A stretch of DNA of 63,207 bases, the filler included, from Lenisia limosa (lineage: Eukaryota > Protista > Breviatea), in NCBI GenBank assembly GCA_001655205.1. It is 14 parts of 14 records of this genome, joined end to end, with 100 filler letters (N's around TTAATTAATTAA, not from the genome) between each part and the next. Parts side by side here need not be neighbours in the genome. Positions count along the whole stretch, not along the records: positions 7,375 to 22,111 come from LPNZ01011696.1; positions 22,212 to 23,288 come from LPNZ01009062.1; positions 23,389 to 36,681 come from LPNZ01010878.1; 11 more parts are not named here. One strand, given 5' to 3'. The position numbers and the translations under genes are program-made. A model generated the notes under the pieces. That model saw only the letters and a list, made by a program, of their open reading frames with translations. It made no database searches and was not told where the DNA came from. Of this stretch, positions 11,940 through 26,400 are shown one piece after another (position 1 is the stretch's first letter; each line of letters opens with the position of its first letter).

Positions 11940-14900
11940 ACACATTCCAAGAGTTTACCAAGAAGCAAGTTTCATCTCTTAGTCAAGAGTATGGGGAAAC
12001 AGTTCTACTTATTTGATTAGCTGTTCTCTTACTTTCGTAGGTCTTCGAACGGATTAGCAGTAATCAGTGCACTCGCGCAGGTACGGGTAATGCTTCTTCA
12101 GGAATATTGAGCTGTGTAATACATCTTTTTTGGAACAATAACATTAGCATCAATTTCTAGGTGTGCCCATCCGAAGTCCTTTGCCTCGAGTCTGTCTTCT
12201 CTACTGCGTCCTCAGGTCCAGAAAGATGCAGAGTTCTCAGGTTCGTGTTTAATCTGTTTGTTTTATTATTCTTGGAATACTGCATTAAGTCAATTAAATG
12301 GTCTTTTTATGATTTAGTGCTGGTGTTGAGGCGAGAAGAAGAGGGTTGGAAGTTCGCCTTCCTTTGGACGAGTCCATTTGCTATGTTGGAGGGAAGGCAA
12401 TATTGGACCGATTTTGTGTTCTCTGTTTCTTGATATTTCTTGGCAAAAAGCTGCTTTATAAGGCGCCTTCATGATGTTTTTCTCTCTCATTTCTATATCT
12501 TATCATAACATATCATATTGCTTTCATATTGCTTTCCGTCACTTACAAGATTGGCTCTCGTCTTGACCCCACCATCTTCGATCTCTTTGTTCAGTTCAGA
12601 GCGGAGTCTGACTGTTCCGGTGGGAGGGGCTGCCGGGGCTTAGATAATATACACAATATTACAGCTGATAAAATTTCTAGCTATACTGTATTTAGCCTTA
12701 GTGACTGGTTTTCAAAGTACTAAATGATTAGTTGGTGCGTTGGAGTGGGCAATCAACCACCTTGATACCTGCGTGCCCCTCACAGGTCTTTACCTCTGCA
12801 AACTCATCCACAAGTGCCTCGAGAGCGGACTTGGTAAGTAAAACGTGTACTGCTTGATACCACTGGCATCCTAGTTTCATTTATTGTCTCCAGTATTGGC
12901 AACTATTCTCTTTCTTATCATAGATGTGGATGTTTTATCCTGTTTTTTTAATTTAAATGATTTTTATTATAAATTACGTTGTGTCTGCTCAATCAAGAGA
13001 CAAAATTTTTACGACCACATCAGAACCTTCAACGGACAGTGCATTGGCGCTGCTGACTATTTGGCCCACCCTGGTCAAGGAAGACAAAACTACCAAGGTC
13101 TGATTATTCAGCCCGAAAAACGTGACTGTTATCCACTTTTTTGAAATGACTTGAAATCTTTGAAGTATTTTATCGAGTTTCTTTACCATTCAGATTGCCA
13201 CCGTTGTGTTCTTCGGTATGTGCGCTCTCCACCCAACAATCTTGACACTTCTTTCTGCTGACAACAGCGACTCCATCCACGAGGTCNNNNNNNNNNNNNN
13301 NNNNNNNNNNNNNNNNNNNNNNNNNNNNNNNNNNNNNNNNNNNNNNNNNNNNNNNNNNNNNNNNNNNNNNNNNNNNNNNNNNNNNNNNNNNNNNNNNNNN
13401 NNNNNNNNNNNNNNNNNNNNNNNNNNNNNNGAACAGCCACTTCAGTTGCGGCTCATTTATCCCGTGCCGTCCTGGAGGTGTCTTCACTGTTGGAGGGGTT
13501 ATTATTTATGGCTTTTAAATCATGAGGCGGTGGTCGATCAAATGGAGGCACTCATCATTTTCGACATTGTAATTTTCTTGAGGATTGTTGATGCTGAGAC
13601 GATTAAAGCTCATTCTCCAGAGCGGCGAAGTCTGTTCTGGTTCCTTTGGTGGTATCCGCTCTATCTTTCACTGCCAACTACCCCATGAGAAGAACCGATC
13701 CTGTGGACCGCCTTGGTATTCCCATCTTGAATAAGTGAGTCTCCCATGTCTTGAATAAGCGAATCCCCCATGTCTTGAATAAGCGAGCCCCCCATGTCTT
13801 GAATAAGTGAGTAAGGTAACACCATTCGATCGTCGATTTACTAGCACAGATCTCTTGATAACAATGAAGATATGCTTTTCTTCGCCTATTTTCGCATTTC
13901 TTATTCCTGCTTGTAGGAGCCCTCCAGTCTCACTCCTGGCGCTGGCTAAGGAAACGTCCTTCGGTATTCCCCTGCCCATCCTTGTGGCTGATAGTTTCCG
14001 GCCGTTCTGGCCTCGAGCTATAATATGCGGTCTCTTGCGCTCTATTCAAGGTAAATGGAGCAACCCCCCCTTCGCTCCTTTTCAAAGGCAAAATTCTATT
14101 GTATCTTCCCGGAACCAATATTTTACAGCTTTTTGTCGGAATTGAAGTTAATGGAGTCTTTTGTTCTGGGTACTATACTTGAATAAAGTCACGTTTTGTC
14201 ACTCTTTTTTCTATACAATCGATTGCATACTTGTATTAAATGTAATGACTTCAGACCAAGATTTCTTGTTCTCTTTGCTTCAAGATTTGGACCAATACCT
14301 CAGGAATCCACCCAAATCAGACACGAAAACGTCTTCTCCTGTTTATCAGTGGGCGTATTTCTTTGTATTTCTGAAGTGTTTTCTCGGTTTCTGTTGATGC
14401 CGTTTTTGGATCTTTGAGTGCCCTCTGATCCATGTAGAATGGCCTACATATCATGGCAAGCAGTCCTGAGCTTCAACTTCCAAACCCTCTCAAACCAATG
14501 TCAAGGTATGGTAGCGAATTTTGGTTCCAAGATGTAGCATCATGTTGAAACAGCTTTTCTTCTAGATTTTATTCAACATCCTTCACCCTCATACGATTTT
14601 CTCTGACTTGTAGATCTCCTTTGGTCCATTATGGAAGAAGTATGGAAGTGCGACTTACCTGCTTCATTGCGCGTTTTCCTTGCAGCTACCACAAGCGAGC
14701 TTATGAAACTGTGGGTTGTGGTGAATCGCGATATTAATATTCTCGTCACTTCTCTCCCAAAACCCTAAACCCAAAACTGAAGGGGGCATTTTTGGGATTT
14801 CTAAAAAATGCACAATGCAGTTAATACTCAGAACCACTTTCCTTTTGCTAACCTCTTCAGAGATTCAACCAAATTCACCACTTTGGTGACCCTGACTCTG

Positions 14901-17270
14901 AACGAAGACTCCCAGGTGGCCCTGCGAACGTACTTTTGCGCTCTTGACCACTACTCTCTCTCAGCCTCAGTAAGTAGCCTATAACACTCATTTTCTTATT
15001 CTAATGTTTCAAAAGATGTTTTAAAAAAACCAATGTTCTTCCTTCTATCATAGACCCAGGATTCTGAACTTCTTGGAATGTGTAATGTCGTCGAGACGTT
15101 CAGTGTCAATGATAACGCATTGATGGCCAGATATGCGGTGGCTTGTTCACTCAGGTACAGGGAGGGAAGGGTCTGTGGTATACATAGCAACATGGAGATG
15201 CCAAATAACAAGGTTATACCTTGGCAAAGCCGTTCATACCATCAAGCTGTGTATGATATTTGTAGAATTACCTAAACATTTTAGATGGTTAGATCTTGTG
15301 AAGGACAAAGAAGAAGCTAGACTCACACCTCGAAGTATGTCTAGGCATCTTAATAGCGGTTTTAGTTCACGTAATATTTATAATATATTACTGAAACCAA
15401 ACGTAACATTATTTGTGTCTAATGAACACCAAGACTCGAATGAACGATTCTCACAATCCTAGGAAGTATTTACTACGAAAGAGCTAGGTCCTTCCAACCA
15501 GCAAAATTCCCTGCTGACATGAGTAGGTTCCGTTTTGACATCTGTTGATATAAAATGTGTTTGACAGCTTATTAAAATTTCAGATCCCCCTACCGCCCCT
15601 CTGAGCTCAAACCCTTTCACCCCTCTGGTTTGTTGGGTCTCTGTAGCTTGATTGTTTTATTATTATTATTTTCCTCTGAGCTGAAATCCCACTTTTTCAC
15701 CCTATCATCAGGGATTTGATATTCCTACGGTTCTAATTACTCCGCCTGTGGCCTTTTCAGATTCAGTTGAGGTCTTCTCCCATATTAAAGGTTGGTATAG
15801 CTCTCAATTTTCATCAGGTTAAGTGAATGGAGTAGATTTGTTTTGTTCTTTCAAGGTGGTTTATACTTTCTCATTTATTCTTCTCAAAACTGCAATGAAT
15901 ATCTTCAGTGTTTTCTCATTTCATCAACACCATATCATTTCATCAACACCCCAGAAGACCGTCTGTTGACTCCTAAATGCCACCCTCTTTTTGATGCTTG
16001 TGAAGGTCATACAGGCCTCCCAGGTTAGCGTTTTAGCCATCTTCAATGGCAACCTTATTCAATATATTTATTTTAGATTTTTTTGTCAATAATTATATCA
16101 TAGTATATTTATTGATTGTCAATAATAGCCCTGTATACTCCCTCTGCTCATATAAACTAATATCAGCAATTATTCATCTTTTTTCACCCTTCAGCCCTTG
16201 CACCCTCTTCTTTAGAGGACCTTTTGAATGCACCCTCAACGCAACACAAGGTTTGCCTTTCTAACATGACAAGGGTTCCTCGGATTGGTTTTGCTCTTTC
16301 ATTGGTCTTTTTTCCACCCTCTTCTTTTGATTAGGGGGGTAGTTTTTTTTACCTTGTCATTCTTTTTTTTTTTTTTCTGNNNNNNNNNNNNNNNNNNNNN
16401 NNNNNNNNNNNNNNNNNNNNNNNNNNNNNNNNNNNNNNNNNNNNNNNNNNNNNNNNNNNNNNNNNNNNNNNNNNNNNNNNNNNNNNNNNNNNNNNNNNNN
16501 NNNNNNNNNNNNNNNNNNNNNNNNNNNNNNNNNNNNNNNNNNNNNNNNNNNNNNNNNNNNNNNTTACCGTCTTCGACCTTGCCGATTGGTCTGGCGTCTT
16601 ACCCGAACGGAAAACTTCCAACCTGATCGTGTGTGCCTCCCTTGTCGGTATGCCAAAGGGGCTTTTTTGAGAAGGGTTATGGGGACTACGTTTTTTTTTG
16701 CCATTCATATTTTTCTTCCCAGCGCCGAAACTCAAACGTACACTCGTTAAAGTCTCATACATTTTACCTTACACATTGTCATCCTTCAGAAAAGCCCCCC
16801 AATCTCGGTGGTCTAGCCCGTACTTGTGAGATANNNNNNNNNNNNNNNNNNNNNNNNNNNNNNNNNNNNNNNNNNNNNNNNNNNNNNNNNNNNNNNNTCT
16901 TTGACCGTCCACAATCTTGCTGTGAAGACCCAAACCGCCTTTTTGGCCCCATCTGTCTCTGCCCATGAAGTTTGTTCACTGCTGAATCTCTCACTTATCT
17001 ACAATACAACGCGGGGGATGCTTGCTGCCGTAGAAGTGATAGGGTAGTTAGCTTCACTTCGGTTCGAAAAAAAGACTGAATTTCTCGAAAAATCCTGGAA
17101 CACTCTCGATATTTTTTGGGACTTTTTCGAACCGAAGTGAAGCCTTTGTAGTTAGGCTCTTTTATATCACCCCCGATTTTGGGTTTATTTCATGAATTTA
17201 CCAACTTTACTCTCCCCAGTGGCTACACATGGAGGAAGTAACAGCGCAATCTCTCCCATTCTGGCTTGTT
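11940..17270 (+). CDS. Large multi-exon gene, predicted helical (alpha-solenoid-like) protein, unassigned
   Basis: More than 15 GT/AG-bounded exons with amphipathic translations, e.g. VGALEWAINHLDTCVPLTGLYLCKLIHKCLESGL, AAHLSRAVLEVSSLLE, DLLWSIMEEVWKCDLPASLRVFLAATTSELMK. The fold is inference. Confidence 0.5.
13722..13812. repeat. Intronic minisatellite, ~24-25 bp x4
   Basis: CCCATGTCTTGAATAAGYGA repeated four times. Confidence 0.85.
17049..17147. mobile_element. hAT-type MITE (family A)
   Basis: GCTTCACTTCGGTTCGAAAA...TTTTCGAACCGAAGTGAAGC inverted repeats; intronic. Confidence 0.8.
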
Positions 17271-18339
17271 AAAATGAAGGCTGAAGGTGGGCTCTNNNNN
17301 NNNNNNNNNNNNNNNNNNNNNNNNNNNNNNNNNNNNNNNNNNNNNNNNNNNNNNNNNNNNNNNNNNNNNNNNNNNNNNNNNNNNNNNNNNNNNNNNNNNN
17401 NNNNNNNNNNNNNNNNNNNNNNNNNNNNNNTATGCCGGAAAAGTCTGTGCTACTTCTCGGTAGGGGTGATGTGTTAGATCCACAGATTAAGTCACAAGAG
17501 AGACAATAAAGCAATGTGTTAATTAATCTCTTCTTTAGGAGAAGAGAGGAAAGGCCTTCCCGGACACCTATTCCCTCATGTTGACCTTTGTGTCGAAATC
17601 CCTCAGNNNNNNNNNNNNNNNNNNNNNNNNNNNNNNNNNNNNNNNNNNNNNNNNNNNNNNNNNNNNNNNNNNNNNNNNNNNNNNNNNNNNNNNNNNNNNN
17701 NNNNNNNNNNNNNNNNNNNNNNNNNNNNNNNNNNNNNNNNNNNNNNNNNNNNNNNNATGAACATACAACTTGAACCCTCCCTCTTTTGTCTGATAATAAG
17801 GGTTACATGCTCTTTATAGCAGGGTGCCAACCCAAGTAATTGTCACGATCCGAATAAAACGATTCGACGTAATCTTTTTACTAATTATTAATCGCTCAAG
17901 TAACGATAGATCACAGTTCTTTTTGAATTCAACCAAGTGTTTCTTGGTTGGCATTCTTCTTTAAAGAATAAATTATACATCAAACCATCCCCCCCAACAT
18001 GAATAACATGCAGGTGGGTATAACTCGATCGCTCAACGTCCATGTTGCTGCCTCCCTCCTCATTCACGAGTACTCGAGGCAGCACCCAATTGTCTCATGA
18101 CTTTTCTTCTAAACATCGTCATTATAATACATTTATTTCCTTTATTCTATTTATTTCCATCACCACACCATTTATTATTTCCCAAAGTTGTCCCAAAGTT
18201 CTTGGTTCAAACCTTTGTCCAACCAAGAACAGTCAAATCCTCAAAGTTTCAAATGAGTTACAAAGTTTAAATATGTTTATAGCAAGTTTATCAGTTTATC
18301 GGGTTTATCGGGTTTTGGTGGTGGTGGGTCCAAGGGTGG

Positions 18340-19895
18340 GTCAATGGTGGGTCGTCACCACGTCCAGCCTCCGCCTCAAGTCCGTCTTGCACCACATTCC
18401 CTCCCCGCCTTGTTCCCTTATTCCCTCCTGAAAATTTCAATTCAGTTGTCATTCTGCGATTCATTTCAGAATCTATATGATTCCTGGTTGCTTGGTTCTG
18501 GCTTGGTTCAACATTAAATACATACCAGCAGTTTAGAGGTGATACATGCATATAGTTTAGTGAATGAAGAAATAAGAGAATACAATTGAGAATTAGAGAT
18601 ATGCTGGAGAGAAGAGACTAATCGATTCCGTGAAGCTGCATTGACAGGCCTGACTTCAGGAGATATGCAGTTGCCTAGATCAAGATAAGAAAAACAATTT
18701 ACATTTACGCTACCCAATCCGAACAATTTCTTAACAATGCTGCCCCTCCCCACCTCCTCCATATCTTCAAACCCATAGGATGCTGAAATGTGTCAGACAG
18801 AAAGGGTAATATGCTCTATTACAACAAAAATTATAAAAAAATATTGGAAGGCGAAGACTTCTTCCTCAATAAGAAAAAAATGGAGAAGGGAGAGAAAAAT
18901 TATATCAAAATGATAATGGCTAAAAGTTCTCCCAAAAAAAGGGTAATATCTAAAAACAAACGGCAAGAATGTGACAAAGTAAGGGGATAATGCCAAAAAC
19001 GCAAAACCCCTTTTTCCCACCATCACTTAAACAGTCCATTTCGATCTTGGGATGATCTTCCATTTCACTGCTGAAACACATCGCAGCAAATAGGGAGTTA
19101 TCCATGTCACCACAACTAAAAAGGTCATGAATATTGCACCCAAGAAATCAGTCATATCAAATCATATGCCACTCAGTTTCATCACACTCCCTCAAACTGG
19201 TCAGCATATATCCAGAACTCGCTTTCTTCATACGTCAGACCCGAATCAAGACCGAATAAGAACTTTTGGGTAAGAGTGATGTTCCCCAAATACATATAAC
19301 GTCAGAAAGTTGAACAATGGGGCAAAAAATGGACGTAAGACCTACGTCACGGAAGACTGGGCATTGGCCGNNNNNNNNNNCACAACGAACCTTCTGCTGC
19401 ACTCCCCACCACAACGAATATTTTGCTGCACTCCCACAACTCACCTTCTTGTTCTCACTAATGAACCGAGCTCCAGGAATACGGATGGTTTTGAGCTAGA
19501 GGGGGGGGGGGACGGAATGAGAAATTCACAAATAGTTTAACACGTTCAAGTCTCTATCCGGCTTTCCGTTCAAAGTGTTCACGTTCTACTCGATTATATT
19601 TGGAGGTAGTTAATTTCAACTTTTACTAAAATGAATAATACGATACATGAAAGGAAAATGGCACACCAACATACCAAATAATATGTAGCTATTTACTCTA
19701 TCATCATATGTACTATGAAACACGAATCCCTACATTCGTAAGGTTTTTCGCCAAGGACTCCAACATTGAAGGTTCCAGATTTTGGAAGTCTTTTATCCGC
19801 TCATCTTCAGCGTCAATGCCTTCAAAGTCATACGACTTACTGCCTAAAGGAGTCAGATTGCCAATAGCTGCGAAACGATTCAATGAATCAGCCAT
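18340..19895 (-). CDS. Multi-exon gene, unassigned
   Basis: ATG at 19895 (MADSLNRFAAIG...), exons LKTIRIPGARFISENKK|gtgagt and GNCISPEVRPVNAASRNRLVSSLQH with canonical splice sites. Confidence 0.4.
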
Positions 19896-20529
19896 ATATC
19901 ATCCAACTCCCCCACTATGAAGTGCGAGGGTCTCGAGGTTGGGTGCGTTGATTCCGAGGTTCTTGATGTCCTACTACATAAAAACTACTTTTATGTTGAT
20001 GCAACAGGATGAAGGATGTTTATCATAAGACTGAATTATTCAATAGCAATAGAGTTTGAGGAACAATTTTATATACACCTGTATTATATGATATGATATC
20101 ATCTATTGTATTAGTATTATTATTGTAGCATTTAGCAGATCATAGCATATAAACTCCATATCATACTAGTGCTACAATACATCGAATGCAGAACACTTTT
20201 ATATCATCTACAAATGGGAATTTTTGGAACGTCATTTTTTCTTTATTCATCATATTTTTCAGAGTAGGGGGGAGGGGGGAAGGAATCAAAAAAAAAAAAT
20301 ATTTATACACTCAAATTGAACTGAACTGAAGTCACCCAGTTTACTGACTGGTACAACTAGGTTGTATTTTATATTTCAATTATTTTTTTGTTTTGATTGA
20401 TACAACAAAAACGAGAGCTTTTTGAACAGTATGAACTACGGAGTGAATTATTTTAGTTGATTATTTGCGGGGATGACTCAGAGCAAAAGCCTCTTTCGTC
20501 CCTCTGTACATCCATAAATAATCAATAAC

Positions 20530-22000
20530 AATTCACTCCGCCATATCCACTCCTGGACATAACATACGTGACATTGACTGTTGAAAAATGTCTCATACTT
20601 CGACGTTAATCATTTCAGCAACATCATAGGCGTAAGTCAGGCGAAGTTCCCGAAGCTTATCACTTGCAAGAAGAATGGGTCCTGGGAAACAGGTAATTCT
20701 AGAGGGTCAAGATCAACAGGTTATTCTAGAGGATCAAGATCAACAGTCAATCATTGATCCCGGTATCACTCATTAACCTGATGTCATCACCATCACCATA
20801 ATCTTCTTCTTTATCAGTCCACCTACTCGGAGGGGTATTTGTTGAGAGAACTGCAAATGATAGCCATCATTGAATTGAACGATTGGTTTTTGGTCACCTA
20901 GATAGTGATAACGCACTGAAGCATCTGAGCACTATACTCAGAATAGCAGCCACTTAAACTGACCCCCCCTCCAACTGGGGAAAAGATGATTCTCCGAATG
21001 CTATCGGCCGCCTCAACCAGTTTGTACATGGCTTTAGTGGTGAGCTGGGCTTCAGTTCTGTGGTCAAGTACGTTGCCAGTTCTGCAGGGGGTGAGGTGGT
21101 GAGAAGCATCACATGAAATAAACTTTCAAAAGCAGTCACAATATTGCAAGTTATCACCTGTCTTTCAGGTGCTCCATTTCCTTGGCCAATTTAGCGTNNN
21201 NNNNNNNTTGTTGTTCTAGGCCAGTGAGGAGGACGCAAGAAAAGAAGTGAACGATGAAAATTAAAAGATTGATGACACAACACTGCCCACGAAAGATTGA
21301 TGACAAGGACAGTGCCATCTGGCATGGATGTGTCCTTTGCTGTAACCCTGCGATAAACTCCCTTGAGAACGGCGCTCTAGAAAGCGGGGGTTACAGACCC
21401 ATGCAACAAGAATAACTGAAGGATTCAGTTGGCCAAATATCATTGATGACATAAAGGATTGGGATGACCCACCACTATACTCTATCAGATCATCACAGTC
21501 GAGTCATCCCACCAAATATTGAGCAGATAAGCCATGCTAATAATGGGCACTCTCAATATGACATGTAAATGTACGTACTGGATTCCCCTTACGTCGAACT
21601 CGTGACATCCGGGGTCGTTCTTTCCACAAGGAATGCTAATCCAGTCAACGCACGGACCTTTACGCCCAATAAAAATGAAATCGCATTTTGGAATAACATC
21701 TGGTTAAATCCTGGTTCAACTTTTATGACACTCACGCATACAGGACCACCCTCCACCCCCCAACATACAGGACACTATCCAGGCCCGAGGCATCCCAGTT
21801 GAGGTGCTTCATAACGTCCATGCAACTGTCCTTGGAAGAATCTGCGTTCATCATAAAATACAAGAAGACTTTAATGAGAGCTATCTGTTCAGTAACGGCC
21901 AGACCTACATCCGTTAACGACAGCGCATTTGAAGGTTGTTGGCGTTTCCTTGAATTTCGCCTCTAGGTTGGCTTCGGCCGAAATGGCTCCGCCGTCTGGA
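20530..22000 (-). CDS. Multi-exon gene; weak subtilase-like motif
   Basis: Exons GGAISAEANLEAKFKE, PCVDWISIPCGKNDPG and SAVLKGVYRRV..DGTVLVINLSWAVL. VINLSW resembles the S8 peptidase VINLS(L/W)G motif, but no catalytic residues are seen. Confidence 0.3.
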
Positions 22001-22357
22001 AGAAAAAATCATGTAAGGCATTGTGTTGGATAAAAGTCGAACACTAGAGGAAGGGGAACAGACATAACAGTTGATCTGCCCAAAGCCCCGTACCTAGAGG
22101 CCGCTTCAGGCNNNNNNNNNNNNNNNNNNNNNNNNNNNNNNNNNNNNNNNNNNNNTTAATTAATTAANNNNNNNNNNNNNNNNNNNNNNNNNNNNNNNNN
22201 NNNNNNNNNNNTACAACACAAAAAGCACTCATTGAGATTAATATGTAAATTTGATGTAAAATGGCCTAAAAATGAAGAAACGATACTATTCGAAATTGTT
22301 TAGCATCGTTTGGTGGTATTTGTGTATGTATAATCAACAAGAACTAAAGCAAATTAC

Positions 22358-23117
22358 CGTTGCAAGGAACATCGGTTCGACAACAGGGACAAGTTTGTTT
22401 TCATAAACCAGCTGCGAGAGTAGGGATACAATTGGGGGGACTGATCGGTAGTTCTGAACCTGTGGAAATCAGATATATGGGGTAAGTATGGTTTATTCAA
22501 CATTTCTTGAAACAGAGGAATATACAATATGAATTGTTTTGTGAGTTTTAATTGGAGAGCACTAGTTATACAAAATAGTTCCATACCAGAGGAACGAAAT
22601 AATGTTTCGTTGTAGGTTGCTTGTAGAAGTCTAACTCCACCATTCGTGAAATGATTGATTGTCCCAATCCAAGCTTGGTAGCATGCTCTGGCAAGATTAA
22701 GCCAAATTGTCTAACGTAAAACAAAACGAAGTTAACTAGAAACATGAATATGCATGTCATATAGTATAATAGATATTAGCAGCTTTATAGAAGACAGAAA
22801 TCACAGACTTAATTAAGTATTGCATTCAGTCACAATATTTTTAATCAGAAGAAGTATGAAAGCTTCAGAGCAGACATATTAGAGAACACAAGTAGATGTC
22901 AAAATTAGTCAGCACGTACCTGACATGAGGGTCGGAACTGTTTGCAGATGGTCTCCCAAGATCATGACTCTGGTGACAGGGCCGACAAATCTGGATTAAG
23001 TCATTGTTAAGAAAAGCTATATTATACACTCCCACTGTAGGGCCTGATGAACGTCTGTTTCTAAGCACTGAGCTGCCTCATCAACGATAATCACGTCAAA
23101 ATGCGACTTCTTAATAC
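22358..23117 (-). CDS. Superfamily-1 (UPF1-like, AAA_11/AAA_12) helicase fragment, MOV10/SDE3-like
   Basis: Spliced motifs FDVIIVDEAAQCLE, ILGDHLQTVP, KLGLGQSIISRM and VQNYRSVPPIVSLLSQLVYENKL. Confidence 0.85.
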
Positions 23118-23439
23118 CTGAAAATGTTAGTTTCAAAACAAGTTCTGATAAATACATATATTATATATATCGTATGTACAGTATATATTATATATGATAT
23201 ATACATGTATGTATATATATTAAATATGGCAGTTGAATTAGGATCATTCCAAATTTATATCTTACTCCACCAGACCGGATTTGGCAAGNNNNNNNNNNNN
23301 NNNNNNNNNNNNNNNNNNNNNNNNNNNNNNNNTTAATTAATTAANNNNNNNNNNNNNNNNNNNNNNNNNNNNNNNNNNNNNNNNNNNNAAACAAAACACA
23401 TAATATGGTTATTGTTTTCTGGGGATACATCAGGCTTAC

Positions 23440-26400
23440 CGCAGCGCCTGAATGACTAGCATTTTTGGAGAGATTACAACAAGAGACAAGAAGGAAGCCT
23501 GGAGTTAGTGAGGAGATAACGCCATGCCAGACTTACAGAACACAAGGTGGATAACGATATTGAGGGCAGTTGGATTGGGGGACAGAATAACAAGAATCTT
23601 GGTCAGTTCTAATGAAACCTGTGGGGGAGGGGGGGGGGGNNNNNNNNNNNNNNNNNNNNNNNNNNNNNNNNNNNNNNNNNNNNNNNNNNNNNNNNNNNNN
23701 NNNNNNNNNNNNNNNNNNNNNNNNNNNNNNNNNNNNNNNNNNNNNNNNNNNNNNNNNNNACATATTATTGTCAGAGACAGGGTCAGTGCAAAAAGAGGGG
23801 AAGAAGGGAGATATCCTAAATTGTCAAAAGCTTTACAGAATCAAACCTGTATCTTTTGCATAAATAGCAAGTGGGAACACACCACAGCTAAGAACAGAAA
23901 GAATCTAAGCAGATCAGTAATATGAATGTCAGGGACGAAAATTTCAACATGTGTAGTTTCACTACCAACCACTTGAATAACTCCATAGAAGGAAAAGGAA
24001 ACTAAAGTTGTGAAACGAAAAAAGATACCATATCGACATGCGACAATTAAAAATAATTAGGACTCACCATTAGTCAGACGATTTGTCATAAATAATAGAA
24101 GAATACATGGGAGTACTGTTTGCCAAGTCTGGAAATAGTGAGTACAAAAGCCACTCCAATGTGGTGTTTCCTAATACAACAATTGGTAGCATGAGCTTCA
24201 AAGGGGTAGTTAGTGTACTAATAATCCGCCTCATTAGCCTTTCAGCTATGGAGAATATTAGTTAAACATACATATGCAAAGGGCAAGTCGGCGTAATTCG
24301 CCACCCCAGTTCCGGAGAGACCTACTGGGTCAAGACATCAATACAAGTAATCAAACGGTTCCTCCAAACCAGGAAGGTCGTCCTTGAGTGTAGATGTAGT
24401 GAGGATGTCAGGAGCTGCCAGGTGTATTCTAAATATTAGGAGAAATTGGTGTTGGGTACATCGTAACTACACATACCTAAGGCTCAAGAAACCAAAAAAG
24501 GCAAGAGGTATAACCATCAATTTCTTGGAGTACCTAAACAGTTAGGCCCTTCCTTCTTTGCTAACGACAACATACCCAAGCTCTCTCCATATCGGGACAA
24601 GTACGACTGCGATGAGGGGCAGGAGCAGGTGGTAAATAACAGCCCTTTCGGCCACGATGAATGAGTTTGACACAAGAGACGCTGAGTGGACTACAAACAC
24701 AGCCGCTACCACCAGTAGAGCCTATGCTGTCAGAAGGATATGGGTCCGAATGATTGCAAATAGGGACTTTAAGAAAACACCATCATGTAAATCATAAAGC
24801 AACACTCACCAAAAGGCTGATTTTGGATTTGACCAAGATGACCAGCATTAGGACAACTGCCAACAGTGCAGCCAAGGCCAAACCAGAACCACCCAGCGTC
24901 ATGAGAGGCACGTCAAACTAATGTGTAATGTCAATGGATCAAAGTTAACCATTCGTTGTTGTTCCTTTCAAGAATATATCATATCCAGAAACAGACCCCC
25001 CACTTCAGTCCAGAGCACCCGAGCCTGGCTTGCAGCAGTGACAAGGGTTGCGTAATAGGTACGCNNNNNNNNNNNNNNNNNNNNNNNNNNNNNNNNNNNN
25101 NNNNNNNNNNNNNNNNNNNNNNNNNNNNNNNNNNNNNNNNNNNNNNNNNNNNNNNNNNNNNNNNNNNNNNNNNNNNNNNNNNNNNNNNNNNNNNNNNNNN
25201 NNNNNNNNNNNNNNNNNNNNNNNNNNNNNNNNNNNNNNNNNNNNNNNNNNNNNNATAGGGACACACAAGGTTTCTCTTTTTCGAAGAAGAGTGGCAAAGA
25301 ATACGCTACTTCTTTCCCCCAAGTATACCTGATTTTGGCCTGATGGGCCAGACTGAAGGCCGACTTGAGGGAAGTCAAAGTGGATGGGCTCAATCCACCG
25401 CCAGTGGAGGAATAAGTCTCGAAGAATCGAAGAACTGGGGGTAAATGATGAAAGGTGAGACTGCGGCATACCTTGCCACGCATTGACGTCTAAGGCGTCA
25501 ACAAGGCGTTTCATTGAGGTTGAGGTCATGCGGCCATCTTCTGCAAATGGTTGATAAGTATGTTTGAAAGCTTATCTGAACGAATATATCAAAGTGACAC
25601 AAAAAGTACCGAACAATAAGGTCTAAAACAGAATGTTGTGTATTAACTTAATACACCCAAGACTACCAGAAAACAACATGAGCTCAGGGATGACCACTCC
25701 CAAGTTGCTAAAAAGTCAAAACAAAGAGTACAATCACTTATTCCCACCTGAAAGGAATTGGAGCACCCAAAATTAGGGAAAGTGACGGGACTAGGTCTGT
25801 TTGCTGTAAGGTACTGTAGGCCTGTTCGTTAGAATGACCAAAATCAATAAGGCAACCAACCTCGACTCCTCGAAGACCAGAATATTTACCAGCTCTATCC
25901 GGTACTTCCGCTCTAATTCGCCGACAAATCACGTCCTTATCCGTACTTAAGGAGTGTGGTACTGGTTTTGGCTCGGGAGCGTCAGCAGGGTCGGGAAATT
26001 CGACGTCTAAGGCCCGGAGTTCGTCCGTCACAGAAGAACGCCAAGTGGACCATTCTTCTTCCTAGAATATGAATGCGATGAAAAGCGATACCACTCTATT
26101 GATTTGTGGTTCACTCACCTTCCAAATAGGGCTCTCAGATGGTTTCGCAGGCAGCTGTATTGTAAGAGTCCTTGAGAATCGAGAAAGAAGGCACTCACAG
26201 TGGTTCCGCCTCGAGCATTGCGGTTCTTAGTCATGATAGCAAGAGCTGCGTTGACCTCGTCAGGAGTGGCACCACCATGATCGCCCCAACTCGTCATTCC
26301 ATGGTCACTGCTGGGTCACACGAACCATGTTTGAGAAACGTACCCAAAAGCGAAAAGCACAGAGTGGTCGTCCATGGTTTGGTACACCTCCTCGAGGAGA

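Noticed and set aside
13722-13812. CRISPR-like array (also 36513-36615 and 59451-59860)
   Set aside because: Units are adjacent with no unique ~30-nt spacers, no cas genes are present, and the context is eukaryotic intron; these are minisatellites or TE repeats.
14760-14772. AACCCTAAACCC as telomeric repeat
   Set aside because: Fewer than two units, inside an intron.
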